Shown here: piece by piece, positions 14,601-27,289 of the stretch
How the letters are laid out: every line of letters begins with the position of its first letter
How positions within the stretch are numbered: position 1 is the first letter of the stretch
Assembly: GCA_036172245.1 (NCBI GenBank)
Contig: JAYWIR010000004.1
Coordinates: 5,766,001 to 5,830,000 of the forward strand
Length of the DNA stretch: 64,000 nucleotides
Direction: 5' to 3'
DNA from: Raillietiella orientalis
Taxonomy: Eukaryota
Notes under the pieces: generated by a model
Databases searched by the model: none
Told to the model about the DNA's origin: nothing
What the model saw: only the letters and a program-made list of their open reading frames with translations
Program-made: the position numbers and the translations under genes

Positions 14601-15973
14601 ACAATAAAAGGATAGTTCACCAACAGTAGCAAAACCAAATCGATAGATCTTGAAAAAGAGTCCATGGATTACGATGATCCAAGCCTTCCAAAAGCAAACA
14701 GCCAACGAAGAATTTATAAAAAGCAATCATTACTGAGAAAAGAAGCATCCAGTGGAAAGCTTGATGCTCCTCTTTCTGGGAAGCAAACAGACCCTGATTC
14801 CTCCAGTAAATATGATGTTTACCAAAGAAAACACTTCTAGTGAACCTTTCGTATGCTTCCTAGAATGGGTCGTTTAGAAGTGTTCTAGGACCCTATTACC
14901 TACACCTGTGATAGTGGCGTAACCGGTATTATGTTATAAATGCGTTGAGTTCATCCAGCGGCATGCATGTCTTGAGAGAGTTTTCTAGATGGCCAACTCC
15001 AGTGGTCAAATCTCAAACCCAATGGTTTCTTGCATGTTGCTCTTCTGGTTTACAAAATTCCGGAGCCTCCCTTGCTATGTTTTACTTGACCTAAGACGAG
15101 AAAGTGCTTTCTCCCATCCGAGCAAGTTCAGTGCTTTGCAGGACTTCCGAGAACGGGATGTTGCGAGATGTTCAAGCCTCGGTTTCAGAAAAGTGGCTTC
15201 TACGTCAGAGGAACAAATTGCTACTGCTCGCTGGTTCCAATCTGTTCCAGATTTCCAGCTAGCTCTCCCCACCTTCTTCTGTTACTGTTCGGTCCCAAAA
15301 GATGTCACTAGCATTCCCTTAAATCTCTTGCTCAAATACAAGAAGTCGTTTTCAGAGTTTTGACTTCGATGGAGCTTGTTCATGGCGCGGGGATGAGAGT
15401 GATTGGTATCTTCACAGATCCTCTTGATTTATGAGGCTGATTCATTGGGTCTTAATATTTGTGATCAAGACGTGGATTATGAAGGCATTCTTCTCCCTTT
15501 CATCGTTCCAGGATTCTTAAAGCTTTTCCAGGATACTAAGCGGCACTAAGGTTTTGATGAAAGGAAGAACGGAACGAAAAGGTTTGCTTCAGGAGCACAT
15601 CCACAAGTTCCCTCGCCAGCCTGCGTGCTCCCGCTCGCTAATGTGCCGAGGAAGATTCATCACGTCTGTTAGCTCGTATTCCACAATTCCCAAGGGAATT
15701 CCTCTCAGCGGAGCTAACATAGAAGTGAAACTCTTTCAACTCCTCCTCTCCTATCTCATTTTCCCTGGCATGAAATGTCTGCTTGGATGTCTGCTTGAAT
15801 CTGGCTCGCAGGCGTGCTCCATCCTATTCACGCTGCCGTTCTCGAGAGAGAGATCGAAAACCTACACGTATTACTCTGAGATCTGGGTCTCGCGACCTTT
15901 CCGTGGTCAGAGGTCATGCTTATCAAGAATTATGGTAACTTGAAACAACAACAACACATACAAAAAAACTGAC

Positions 15974-16590
15974 CTTCCTTCCAGGAGAATAGATAGCTTT
16001 TGATTGCAAAGAGTATTGTGCCTGCTGGCAAACTCACGCCCAGCCTCCAGGGACATGATCACTCCTTCCTGGGTCAACTCGTGGAAATGGCTTCTGGACA
16101 CCTGCAGGGGCAAGAAAAGCTTTTCGTAGAGCTCCTTAAGGTTGCACGGCACTCGGAGAGGGATCACATGGTAAGCCAAGTAGAGAATGTGTATCGCATT
16201 TATGAACACGAAAGAGCAGTTCCAGATGAAAACGTCCATGGCGCACACGAACATCCCTGACCATATCACAAATATAAGAAAGCCGAGGCACAGTAAGGAT
16301 CTGGATATGAGAGTGCTGAGGGGAACACGATGAGGGATGAGGAACGCAGCAGCAAAGAACAGTTCTGCTACTTGAAACATAAGGTGTTGGGCTTCCCCCC
16401 AGGCGGTACACAGTTCATCTTTAGCCAGCAGGACGCGACCATCAATGATGGTCGTCTGATTCCTTTGCAGAGATGTGAAAATCAGTGACAAATTATAGAT
16501 TCCTCTCTCTTTGGGATCATTAGGAGTCTTGAAGGATGGTGTGCTGGGAGAAAAGCTGTCCATCGTGACGAACTTGTGGTACCTTTTCAT
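15974..16590 (-). CDS. Popeye-domain protein gene B, large first coding exon (N-terminus, 3 TM helices, first half of Popeye domain)
   Basis: Encodes ...CTAWGEAQHLMFQVAELFFAAAFLIP...WSGMFVCAMDVFIWNCSFVFINAIHILYLAY...ELYEKLFLPLQVSRSHF...KLSILLEGR, with N-glycosylation sequons NLS and NQT in the N-terminus. Acceptor TTTCTTCCAG| (exon starts 16612), donor GGAAG|GTCAGT (phase 2). Alternative start Met at 16563. Confidence 0.93.
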
Positions 16591-17789
16591 GGTCTCATGT
16601 TTTCTGTGATTTCTGGAAGAAAAAAAAATCCATCATTCCATCGTAACAAACAACAAACATCGTTTTAGTTGCTGTGGTTGCAGCTGTCTGTTTCTCTCAT
16701 TCGGATCAAGATATTGGAGAACGGGAACATCAGATTCGGGGGTGCAATAACAAATTCGTTCCTTGCGCGAGGAAAAGTGAAGAAACTTTTCATGTAGGAT
16801 CGGCTAGAAGATCATAAATGCACAAAAGCGGGCGATTCCTCTCAGAGGTTCAGAGGGTGCTTTCTTAAGCACTCTAACTAAACTTCTGAGAACTGAAGTG
16901 TTTTGTACTTGCAATGCAAATACATTTGCGATTCTTTTGCTTTTCTTTATGATTTTGCGATTGAGACGTGTCCTTGTTTTTCGTTCAAGGAGACACTTAT
17001 CTTATCTTTGATATTATGAGGGATGGAGCTATGGCGAAAAATCCTAGGTGTCTGTCAGCTAGGTAGGAGGAATACTCGAGAAAGAAGGCGGAAATTTATA
17101 GGAATTCAACATGATCATAGGGCGCAAGTGAATTCCCACAGATCTCCCTCAGATAAATCTAAAGGACTTCATTTTTCCTGGGGAATGTTGTAAAAAGAAC
17201 GAGGATATGAGAAATTCTCTGGAAACCCAACACTTACATAAATGCAAGTTCTAGAGCAATGCATGACGAGCAGCCGAAATCTAATAACAGATATTCCAGG
17301 TGTCCTGTGGAATTCAACGTGAGGAATTCAAGGGGAAACTAGAATGGGAAGAAAGCAAGTCATAGCGATCCTGTTGCCATTCTGTTTGCCACTGCTGCTG
17401 GGAGCGTAAAGAACTTCCACTTTCGACTTCTTTCCAGCTATTAACTGGACAAACGCAGGGCGCTCGAGAGAAGGAATAGTGAATAAAGCCAAATGGTTCT
17501 GCTGGTTTGGATCACAAAGTCTTGAGAGAAAAAAACGCGTTTTTAAGCAACAGAAAGGTAAAAACCAAATTTTGCTTCAACGGAATGGACTGAGAGCGCA
17601 AAAGAATGCTGCAAAGATCGAGGGAAGGAAAAAACCCTTGACATGACGCTTGTTGACGAGACAATAGTGCATTTAATTTTAAAATGTATGTACAATGAGA
17701 ACAGGTAGAAGTTTTAGTATTACAATGATCTTGAAGCATTTAAAACCAAAGAAATGAAAAGAAAAGGAAGATGGTAGCTGGCTGCATTG

Positions 17790-18260
17790 ACCCCACTTCA
17801 ATCAGTTGCAGCACGATCAGAACATTCTCAAACCGTCGAAAAGCTCCTGCAGGCAAACCCACGATTTTCAGAACCGATTACATGAGTGGGGTACCTTGTT
17901 CATTTAGAATACGTGGAAATTCCACAAAACTTCCCCTATCTCAATCCATCCTGGAGGAACCATTCTCAGTGGATCGAAACTCCACATCACAGAGGGCGTT
18001 CGGTTTGTGAAGTTCACCAAAGCCTTTTCTCATCGACAGCTGATATCACGTTTCATTCGAAAGGCAGGCAGTCGCACATCTTACCATCAGCCCCAAGAAA
18101 AGCAGCTTCTACGTTCCTCTAGAATAGCTGAAGGTACTGTAGACTGCGCCTTCAGGACGAGAAAAAATCTTCATACTCTCGATTATCTTGCATCTTATAT
18201 ATAACTGAAGGGTTATTGAACAAAAAAGACTCCATGTCTCTTCATAAAGAATTCCAAAAC
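17790..18260 (+). mobile_element. Decayed non-LTR reverse transcriptase fragment
   Basis: FVKFTKAFSHRQLISRFIRKAG near 18005 (DF.KAFD-like) and QKDSMS near 18222 (QGD.LS-like). Confidence 0.4.
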
Positions 18261-19097
18261 CCCTTCCCTGAAGCTTTGGAGACTAAATTTTCTGTTTCCT
18301 AAGACCAAGAGCAATACTCTAAGTAGAAATTGTCTTCGGCAACCGAAAGGATTCTTGGGCAGAAAAGCAAGAGTTCCGTTAGAAACAAAACAAATAAAGG
18401 TGCTGTCGTTCACAAAGAAAGAATTTTAACAGTGCTACTAGAGGAAGCAACACGATTTGCACAACGAGATGGTCTATGGAAGTGGATCTTGATCTTTTCT
18501 CAGAATGACCTCCATCCCATTTCATACAAGATTCCATTACTCGAACTTTTTCGTAAGAATCTTTGAAGGGATGATTCAGGTGAGAGAAATAGTCGAAGAA
18601 ATTTTCCTTGGATGCAGCAGCGATGCTAACTTCTGTTTGCTTTCTTGTTCACCACTGCGTACCCCGTTTTCATATCGTCGTCGAAAGATAAAGAGATAAA
18701 ACGCGCCAAGGATCTGCGGCTGGTCTGAGGCTCAAGTTTCGTCCAGTTTACGACCGGAATTTCAAAAGATATTTTGAGTATGAAAAGATATTTCGAGCCT
18801 CAGAAACCTCATCCGACTTGATCATGTTACTGTTTGAATCAGTGAATTCTGGAAATGTAAAATGCGCTCCATGCTAGGCTGAAGCACCTCTGGTGACTTC
18901 GAAGATTTTGTTTGGCATTCAGAATATGGGAATTTCACAAGATTATCCATGATTCCTTTCTTCCATGATTCAAATGTGATCATCCTGTAAGCGAGACATC
19001 ATGTAGAACATTCGAGAAGAAAAGGAGTATACACGCTTGAAAGATGGATGTTACTTGGACACATAGGGTTCAGGTAACATCGAGAGAAGTGCGTGAG

Positions 19098-19481
19098 CTC
19101 CAGTATCTCTTAATTCTTTCATCAATCTGTATACACACCTCTGTTCCTATCCTACGTCGTGAAAAGGTGAAGAACTTTCCTATTTCAAGAGATGAATTTT
19201 CTGAATCAGTTTTGAGTCTGGTTGCATGGGTGAGTGAAGCTATCTGGCTGAACATTAGCTAAACCGTAGATGCTCAAGCTAATGTTCGAAGAACGCATTT
19301 CCCTCGTGGATTTCGAAATCATGGGCTTGAGGTCCAGATGACTTCACTCACCCATGCAGACAGACTCAAAACTGAGTCAGAAAATTCATCTCTCGAAGTA
19401 AAGGAGATTTTTGCTATTTCGAAGGTGTGGAACAAGAACAGAGGTGGGTACAGATTGATGAAAGAATTGCAGATATTGGAG
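19098..19481. repeat. Long diverged inverted repeat (foldback), ~150-bp arms
   Basis: 19098-19247 is the diverged reverse complement of 19334-19481 (cttcactcacccatgca, cagactcaaaactga, gaaaattcatctct, tacagattgatgaaagaatt). The spacer holds an 11-bp perfect hairpin at 19250-19287. Confidence 0.9.
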
Positions 19482-21049
19482 TTTGTTTTTCATCAGATAG
19501 GAAGCACAAATCTTTGGGTTAAATGGACATAAGACATCCGCAAACCCTGCAATAAAATTTTGATTCATCAATTCGTCAGATTCACTGCAGCTCATCTTGG
19601 AAATCTTTATTCTCCATTACGTGCTTCCGACTTTGCTCCCCCTTCGGAAAAATCGTTTTCCATCTCTGATTTTGCTCATGCCTTCCTCATGATTCGCTAA
19701 TCTAATACGGCACCAATTGGAGTAATCAAATCAGAAAGCATTTTTATGTTCCCTTGGCATTGGAATTTCCCCAAATTGCCGACAGTGTTCATTCGCTTTT
19801 TCCGAACATCCTGATAAACGATATCGCATCGCGAGGCATATTCTTGCATGAAATTCGATTTCCTCTTCGTATCGAGTCGTGGTGACCACGAGTACATAGA
19901 AAATAACCTTTCCGGAAACTTCTTGCTTCAGTAAGAGCTCCGCATAACTCCGGCTTTTGCTTTGGATCGTTGTTAGTCAAGCCCGATCGTTTGTTGTCTT
20001 CTAAGGAGTTCCAACAGCCTATTCTCCTTATCCATAAGTTCGGGATTGAGTTGATTCCGAGCTTCATGAGACTTCGACGAAGATGTCTCGGAAAATGACA
20101 GCGATTTACTTTGCTCTCATGTTTTATTCAAGAGGGACTTAAAGCGAGCACCAATGCTCACTTCGAATTGCTCATTTCATCTCCCCATTTGCCAGAGTAG
20201 GAGTAGCTCTTTAGGAGTAGCTCGGAGCATTCATCTATGTTCGACACCTACCTATTTCATTGCCGACTGTGCGAAGCGCCTCTCGTTCTTTTCTTTTTGC
20301 AACGAGGGATGGGACTGCAGAGCAGCAGAATCACTCTGTGGTTCGCGAATTTCCGGAAAATCTGATCGGAAGCAGAGGGTGAGCGGCGAAAGCAGGGTGA
20401 AGGCATTTTCTGCGGTGGTCCAGGAACCACAAGTGGAACCCCAGCGGGCGCTTACTCACAAAGAGCTCCCACGATCACTCGGGTGCGCGCGGACTTTACA
20501 CAATTATCAGAGGTCTTGCGGAGTTGAGGCGATCACCTATGGTGTTTGACGATCGGATGTAGTGGCGAGCCCTCTGCTTTGATGGACATGAGAGCCAGCA
20601 TTCGCTCACGTCTAACCCGAATCGCCAGAGTCGCTACTCAGTTCCGTGAGCGAGTGGCTGAGACACTCGCTGAGCCACTGGGAAAAGAAAGAAAGAGTCT
20701 TCGATTTCCGCTTCAGCGATGGAAATTTTTTCATAGGTTGGAATGCCGCCAAACACCGAGGTGCTTTTAAGTCGTGGGAACACTGGTTCGAGAGTATGAA
20801 GCTCCTCGTGCGCGCCGGGGGCTGCACGGATATTCGAGAACTTCGTTTTTGTTTTGATATTTCGAGCGTTTCTGTTCCAGTTCCATGAAAGCTGGAAGTA
20901 GGGTTTCTTCAGTGGACTTTCGTGGGAAAAGCGGTGGATATTCAAACGCAAACTCTGCAGAGCTCTCTCCTTAGCGCAGCATGTGTGTACATGTAACATA
21001 TGTGAGCTAGCAAGTACAGTCACACACGTTACAGCCGGGATCTCAGAAT

Positions 21050-24000
21050 GCTTGTCACTTTGAGCGGTGCCAGGAAGCAGACCTGGTGGCGGCTTCACTG
21101 CTTGCGACCAGCCATTCGTATGCCAAGCGCACAACCAGCCGTGCACAAGGTCATGCCGATCGGGAGCCACGCGGCGTAAGAGCAGCTGGCCGTGACGATG
21201 ACGGACTGTTGGCGCGCAGACCGTGGTTGCGTTCGCGTTTGAGCAGGTTGGGCCATCCAATCTTTTTTTTTCTTCTCTTCTCCTCGAAAGAGAGAAGGGG
21301 AAGAAGGGGAAGCAGATCAAGGGAAGACTCCGTGCTTGTCTTCATTTCCAGGAGGTTGACTGGCCAGCGGTGATCCCTCGCGGTCATCTTCTGCACCGTT
21401 CCGGAGGTTAGCCCCCTTTTTTCCAGGATGAGCTCGCCGGCTCGGGGCGGAATGCGTTCTGGGAACGCGGAGTCCCGAGTATCGCGCACTCCACCTGGCT
21501 AGTGAGAGCTGCTTCCCCCGGTTCTCTTCACGGTTTCTCACTGTCACCGGAATCCCAAGGGGGAAGGCATTCCTCCCGCGCTCTCCCGGTCTCCGTTGCG
21601 TTGGGAGCCGGAAAAGGATCCCAGATGTTTCGGTCGACTGTGGCCCCTCTCAGCTGCCAGCCTTGCCTGAGAAGTCCCTTCGCCTCCAGCTCAGCTCTTT
21701 GCCTCTTCGTCTTCCGCGGCTGAATGAGAACCGGGGCCAGCTGGGTGTTTCGGACCGGGCCTTCTCCCGGCCTATTCCCACGGCCCGTCCCATTCCCTCG
21801 ATTGCGGCGGAAGCAGCCAGGTTTCCTCTTACTTCCCTCCCGTCTATCCTCCCCTTCTCCACCCCTTCGCGCCTCTTCGAGCCGCGCGCGGTGCCTCCGC
21901 CGAGCGCCGCTGCTTCGAGGGGACGCCGTTCCGAGCTCGGGGACTGCTCCCTCCCCTCCAATCCCCTTTCCCGGAGACGGAGTGCGATACTCAGTTTGCG
22001 AGCACACCGATCCGGCGACTGTCCGGTCCACCATCTTCTCAGCTTCCCGGAGCAGCTCGCCAGCCGGCCAGACCTCACAGCGGCCGCCGGGCGTGGGATG
22101 TGAGGCGTGCACCTCGCGTTGGGGCATTCCCGAAAATCAGCCCCTAGATCTGCCACCTTCGTCCTCTCCCCCCCGGCCTCCTTCTTCCCGGAAGATGGCA
22201 GGGAAGTGATGCTGCCTGCTCTTCTTCTCCGGACGGCTTCTGTTGCTCATGGAGTCCGCGCAGAGAGCGGCGCTTCTTTCGGCCCCGCCATCTCAGAGAG
22301 CCAGCGATAGCGCCGCCTGCTGCTGACTCCTGGCGTTCCATGCCTTTGAGTCCCGGCCTCCCTCGGCCGCTCGCTGACTCCTTTCACATGCCCACCTCTG
22401 GGCCCTTGGGATGCTTTCGGTCCACCTAGATGGACCGGAGAGCGGTGACGCGAGCTCTTTCTTCCCAGTCGTCGTCGTCCGTCGCGTTCCCATGGGATTC
22501 TGCTGTAAGTTTCAGGATTTCAGAAGAGCGCATTGCGTGGAAGCTTAGAAGAGCTGCCATCTTTTTTGTCAGGCAAAAGATGAAGATTTGAGTTTCCCGG
22601 TTCGGCTTCGTGAGGAGAGAGGAGGGAAGAGGAGAGTTGCTGAGCAACGTGCGACTGAGAGTGTCTGGAAGGGATCAGCTCCAGCTCCAAGACAGATCAA
22701 AAGCTCCGTAGGAGGGCGCTTCTGGTGCTGCGCCAACGGTCATCTTTCACAAAGGCGAGGCCCCGAGGATGGAGAGGAGACTACCGCTTCAGAAAAGAGG
22801 GCGTCGTGGGTTCCCTCTAACTGTTCTCTCCCGAAAGAGGGGAAGGTAGAGTCGATCCCCAGGTACCAGGACCCACCCGGGTCCCAAGCGTTGCCTACAC
22901 GGAGCACGCGCATCGGCGCTGCTGCTGTCACGTCTTGTCCGGGGGCACCGAAAGGGGTACAAGCACCTTGGAGCGTCGATGGGCGGCGGCTTCCACCCTC
23001 AGGGTGCCCTTACGGTCTTCCCCCTCCTCCCCTGCCGCATTTTGGCTGGGGGGCGGTGCTGCGCTCATCCGTGCGATGGAAAGACGGGCGGACGGAGCGG
23101 GGGGAGGGCCGAAACCGAGTCCCCCTGAGAGTGCTGGAAGAGCCGGAGAGAACAGCAGTCACAGGGCATCCAAGAAGCGCCCATGGGGCCGAAAATCCCT
23201 CCCCGCCGCGATTTCGAGCGCGCCTTTTCCGTGATGTCGCTGCTGGGGGTGGCAGCAGCTGAAGGGGCTCAAGGCGGGCGGTGGTGACAGCGAGTCACCC
23301 TTGCGGTCCCGTTTGGCCGCCCATCCAGATGGCAACAGCAGCGTCCGAGAGGATCCGCCATGGGGCGCGAGAAACACGGGCCGGCTTTACCAGAGGGAGT
23401 CAGGTGGATGGGGAGCAGATGCACCCCCGAGGCACAATCATCCGGCTAGGAAGGACGCGTCCTTCCCTGCTCCGAATAGGGAAGTGGCCCTCTGGAGAGA
23501 GAAGGGGGGAGGGGAAGGGCGCAGGGCGACCACGACTCGGCAACGGACACTGGCCAACCCTTGTGCGAGTCGAGTGACTGTCCGCAGGTCAAGTAAGGCG
23601 GCATTGGCACTCGAAGGAAAGGGAGGGGAGGATCCATCGCCTGGAGACCTTCTTGCCTTTCTTGCCTTTCTTGCTCACCTGAGCTCCACACTCTCGCCCT
23701 CTCTCAGAGGCAGTACCTGGGAGAGTGAGGAGATCCTAGAGTCCCAACGGCTCTTCGGAAGCTTCCTCTCCTCGAAGAGGGGGAAAAAGGAGTGATTTAT
23801 GGTACCCGAAGCGAGAGATCTCGCCGCGACGGGTCTTTCCGGGGATCCTGGATTTACGAGGCTGGTCCTCCCAGAGCAGCAGTTGGGGCTATGTTGTCCC
23901 GAACGAACGAGCTCCTCGTCGCGCTTAATCTGCTGGAAGAATGCGTTGCCCAGGACGACCGGCTCCGTCCTTCCCCCCCTTCCTCTTCTCCTCCTAGCTG

Positions 24001-26500
24001 GATTAAGAGTGGAGTGGAGAGAGAAACGCGTCTACGGATAAGGCGAATCGAGGCGCGCGGCCCCCTGCCAGCGCGCGCGCGTGCGCGCGGCTCGAGGGGT
24101 GAGAGGTGAGTCCCCCTTTCCCCCCTCCGCTTTCTGTTGTTTCAGGACGTGATTTCTCTCGGGGGTTGCTGTCCAGCGGGCCCTGATCTCCGCGTCTGCT
24201 CCTTGCCCCGTCGGAAGCTATGTTCCGCCTTCAGCCATCTCGGGCAGAGCTAGGAACTGAGATCCCATGGGGAGGCGATAGGAAGCCAAGGGAGGAGGGA
24301 GATGGGACGACAAGATAGGTCGTGGGTAGGCAGAGTGAGGGGACAGCTGGCGATCCGTGTGAGCAACGACTTCCTTCCTTCCAGTCCCAAGCCCCCCGAC
24401 AGCCGGCCCAGGACGCTCCTGGGACCCCCTCCTTAGCCCGATTCTGGGAGACAGGTTCACCTCCATACTCGGAAAAAGGGGGAAGGGGAACGCATCTTCT
24501 GCCCTCCATGTAACTCTTTCGAGGAATGCCCTTCCTTCCCGTATGGGATCGGACCGGGAGCATCGTCCGGGAGCAAAGAGTCTGGTCCTCCTTGGGATGA
24601 TGGCTTGATCCGGCTGTCCCGGCTCCCGATCCGGGAGCTGGAACGTCCCGCTGCTCCCTCCCTAGTCTCCCTCTGAGAATCCGGAAGTGTCCCACTGCTC
24701 CGCCCTATCTATGCAACTCCCTCCAGAGGAGCCCAAAGAGGTCGATCAACCCGCTTTCCCTCCTCATTTTCCTCTCCCTGGCTGCTGACTGCCCGCTCTC
24801 GAGAGAGTAGGGGAGCGGGAAGGAGGGGCCTCATGGAGGTGGTGCAGCTTCGAGCCCAGGAAGGGTCCAGGGGTCTTCCTGGGGTCGAGTTGGGAGCACC
24901 GGAGGTTGTCCGGCGGATGACTCCAGGAAGAGCGAGGAGGTGGGCGAGGAAGGAGAAAGAAAAGGCGAGGGAGATACCCGCATCCAGAAGGCGAAGAGGG
25001 GGGGAGAGAAGGGATGAAGCCGGAAGGGGTGGAAGCAGCGGCTCTCTGCGCTAGAGACTTCGCCCCCGGAGGGCGTCACCGCTCGGAGAGAATGTTCGGC
25101 TCCTCCCTCTTCCACGACCGCGCCCTCTTCGTCCTGGTCCCTCCCATCCCCTTTCGACCCTCCCTCAGCGTGCGCCGCAACACTCACCCTCCGATGATGA
25201 CCTCCCAGCCGTGGATGAGGGAGCGCCTCGAGCATCTCACCGCCAGTAGCAGCGCCGCCGTTACCGGCCGCCGCCGCCGCCTCTGCGAGCGCGTTCGCTC
25301 CGCGCATGCGCGCGCATGCCCCGTTCCTTGCCCGCGTCCCGCGCGTGTCCGCCGGGCGCGCCGTCGGTGAGAATCCTCCGAGGAAGCTTCCTCCCTCCTT
25401 CCCCAGGAGGAGCCATGGCACGAAGGGGAGAAAGGACTCCCGGCCGCAGCCTCCTTGGAGCCCAACCCTCCCGCGGTCTGGATCCCTCGGCGGAGAATCC
25501 TCTCCGGATATTCGCGCTCCTGTCGCCTCCCGCTTCTGAAACTTCTCTGAGCCGCTCGAACGGGGAAAGGAAAAAGAGGGGAATGCCGCCGCCTTCGTGC
25601 CCTCCGAAAGGTCGTTTCGTCGGGTGACGGCAGCGGCGCGCGCACCGACTGTTCTCCTCTGCCTCTCCTCCTCTCCGCGTCTTGAACCTTCGCTCCCCTG
25701 CGAGGAAGTGAAAGGAGGAGGAGATAGAGCTCAGGAACTTTGTGTGCGAGACCTTGAGTTCCCTGAGGATTGCTCTGAGTCATTTCGGGGGGCTCTCCTT
25801 TGTGTCTCCCACCCCCACCTTGCCTTCCACAAGGGCAAAGGCGGCGTCCATTCGGTCGACTCGCAGCCCCAAGGCACCGCCTCCCTCCCTCTTTCATATG
25901 CTCTCTCCTCCTTCTCCTCCTCCTGTCCACCATCAGCACCACCAACCTCTCCTCCTCTTCCGCTTCCCGGCTGCTCTTCTTGCAGTCTTCCCAGCGATTT
26001 CGAAGGAAGTCGCTTGACCGCCGCTAGTTTTCCTCCCTGCCCTCTGCTCCTCCTTTCCGTCCCCACCCCCTCTTCTTTAGGCGTCACTTGCCAGCCGACT
26101 ACAGCCCTCCGGTTGGTGCTACTAGAGGGAGTCTCCCATGATTTTCCACTGAGGCGTGGCAAGCCGAGCGGGGCTACCCCATCAGTTAGACATTCATGAG
26201 GGAGAGAGAGAAGAGTGGAGGGAGCTTCCCTCCACTCGGTCCGTCGGAAACCATGGCGAGGCACTCCCTCTTCTCAAGAGCGGTTGCAGTGGAAAGAGGA
26301 TAGGGATGGCGAGCAGGGAAAAGGGATCTGAAGCGTGTTGCAGGATCCCCTGACCAGGAGGGAAGAAGCTCCTGAGGAAGTTTCAGGAGGAAGGAAGAAG
26401 TGGGAGGGCCAGTCGTCTAAGAGAAGACCTGAGCACCATGGGATCTCTCAGGAGGAGCTCTGAAGGGAGCGATCGGGTCGTCAGGCTCCAACGTAGGTCA
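21050..26500. other. GC/CpG-rich island of unresolved (probably mobile-element) origin
   Basis: Abrupt rise in GC and CpG relative to the flanks; GCGCATGCGC at 25302-25311 and a (GC)n tract at 24071-24089; no recognisable protein domain. Confidence 0.6.
21262..22566 (-). mobile_element. GC-rich probable LINE 5' end / ORF1 relic
   Basis: Starts with AAGATGGCAGC (22553-22563; YY1-like motif found at LINE 5' ends), ATG at 22493, long overlapping basic ORFs, and ends in an A-rich tract near 21262. Confidence 0.35.
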
Positions 26501-27289
26501 GTCTTAACGCGTGGGATGTGCTCATGGGAGGGATGGAAGAAGCAGATCGATGTGTTCGGCGGGTCGGTTGGTCCCTGAGCGACGGCAGGGAGACAACGGG
26601 AGAATGCGGACTGCAGCGACCCACCCTCGCCACTGCCTGCCAGGGCATCTTCCTGAGGTAGCTTTGCGACGGTTCAAAGTCCTTCTCTCACCCCAGAATT
26701 ACCTCTGGAACTGGATTCAGGTGCAGGAGCTCTTCCCAAGATGCGCCGTAGATCTGAGGTCCTCAAACCTTCGGGCGAGCTCTCATTAGAGCTTGCGGTT
26801 CTGGGGACACTTGGAGGCAGTTTCGCTTCTCGGCCTTCCGGCAGAGATCATAGTGGAAGCACTTTCTCTGCTTCTCCAACCAAAATGGGCAGAGGCTTCA
26901 GAGTAGGAGATGGACAAAAGGCTTTCTTTTAGTTCTCGAAGGAAGGAAAGCGAAGAGCTCCTCGACATGCCCGATGTACGAATAATCTCGGTCTCCATCG
27001 CTACAGGAAGGCACATTTCAAACACTCTTCACCCTGGACTGCCTTCGGAGGGCGAAACCAGAGGGATTCTTCCTCCGGGACTCCCCCACAGCCTCCGAAA
27101 CGCTCAGAGAACGGATCGGGAGTTTTTGCAAGAACTCGAAGACCCAGGACACGCAAAACGCGCACTTTTTCTCGTCCCTTCTGTCGCTTTCTTCTTCTCT
27201 CTCCTCCGTGCAGCTCCAATGCAATGCGAAAAGTCCTTCTTGCTCGACCTACTGAGTCCCCCATCCACCTCTGACTGATCTCCCTGAGA

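Noticed and set aside
24500..24560. RSHTGRKG (minus strand) as a tyrosine-recombinase H..R motif (DIRS element)
   Set aside because: The downstream W/H and catalytic Y pattern is absent and no DIRS RT or RNase H was seen.
21500..26300. The many 150-250-aa ORFs in the GC island as genes
   Set aside because: They overlap on both strands, are Arg/Pro/Gly/Ser-rich, and are expected from stop-codon scarcity in GC-rich DNA.
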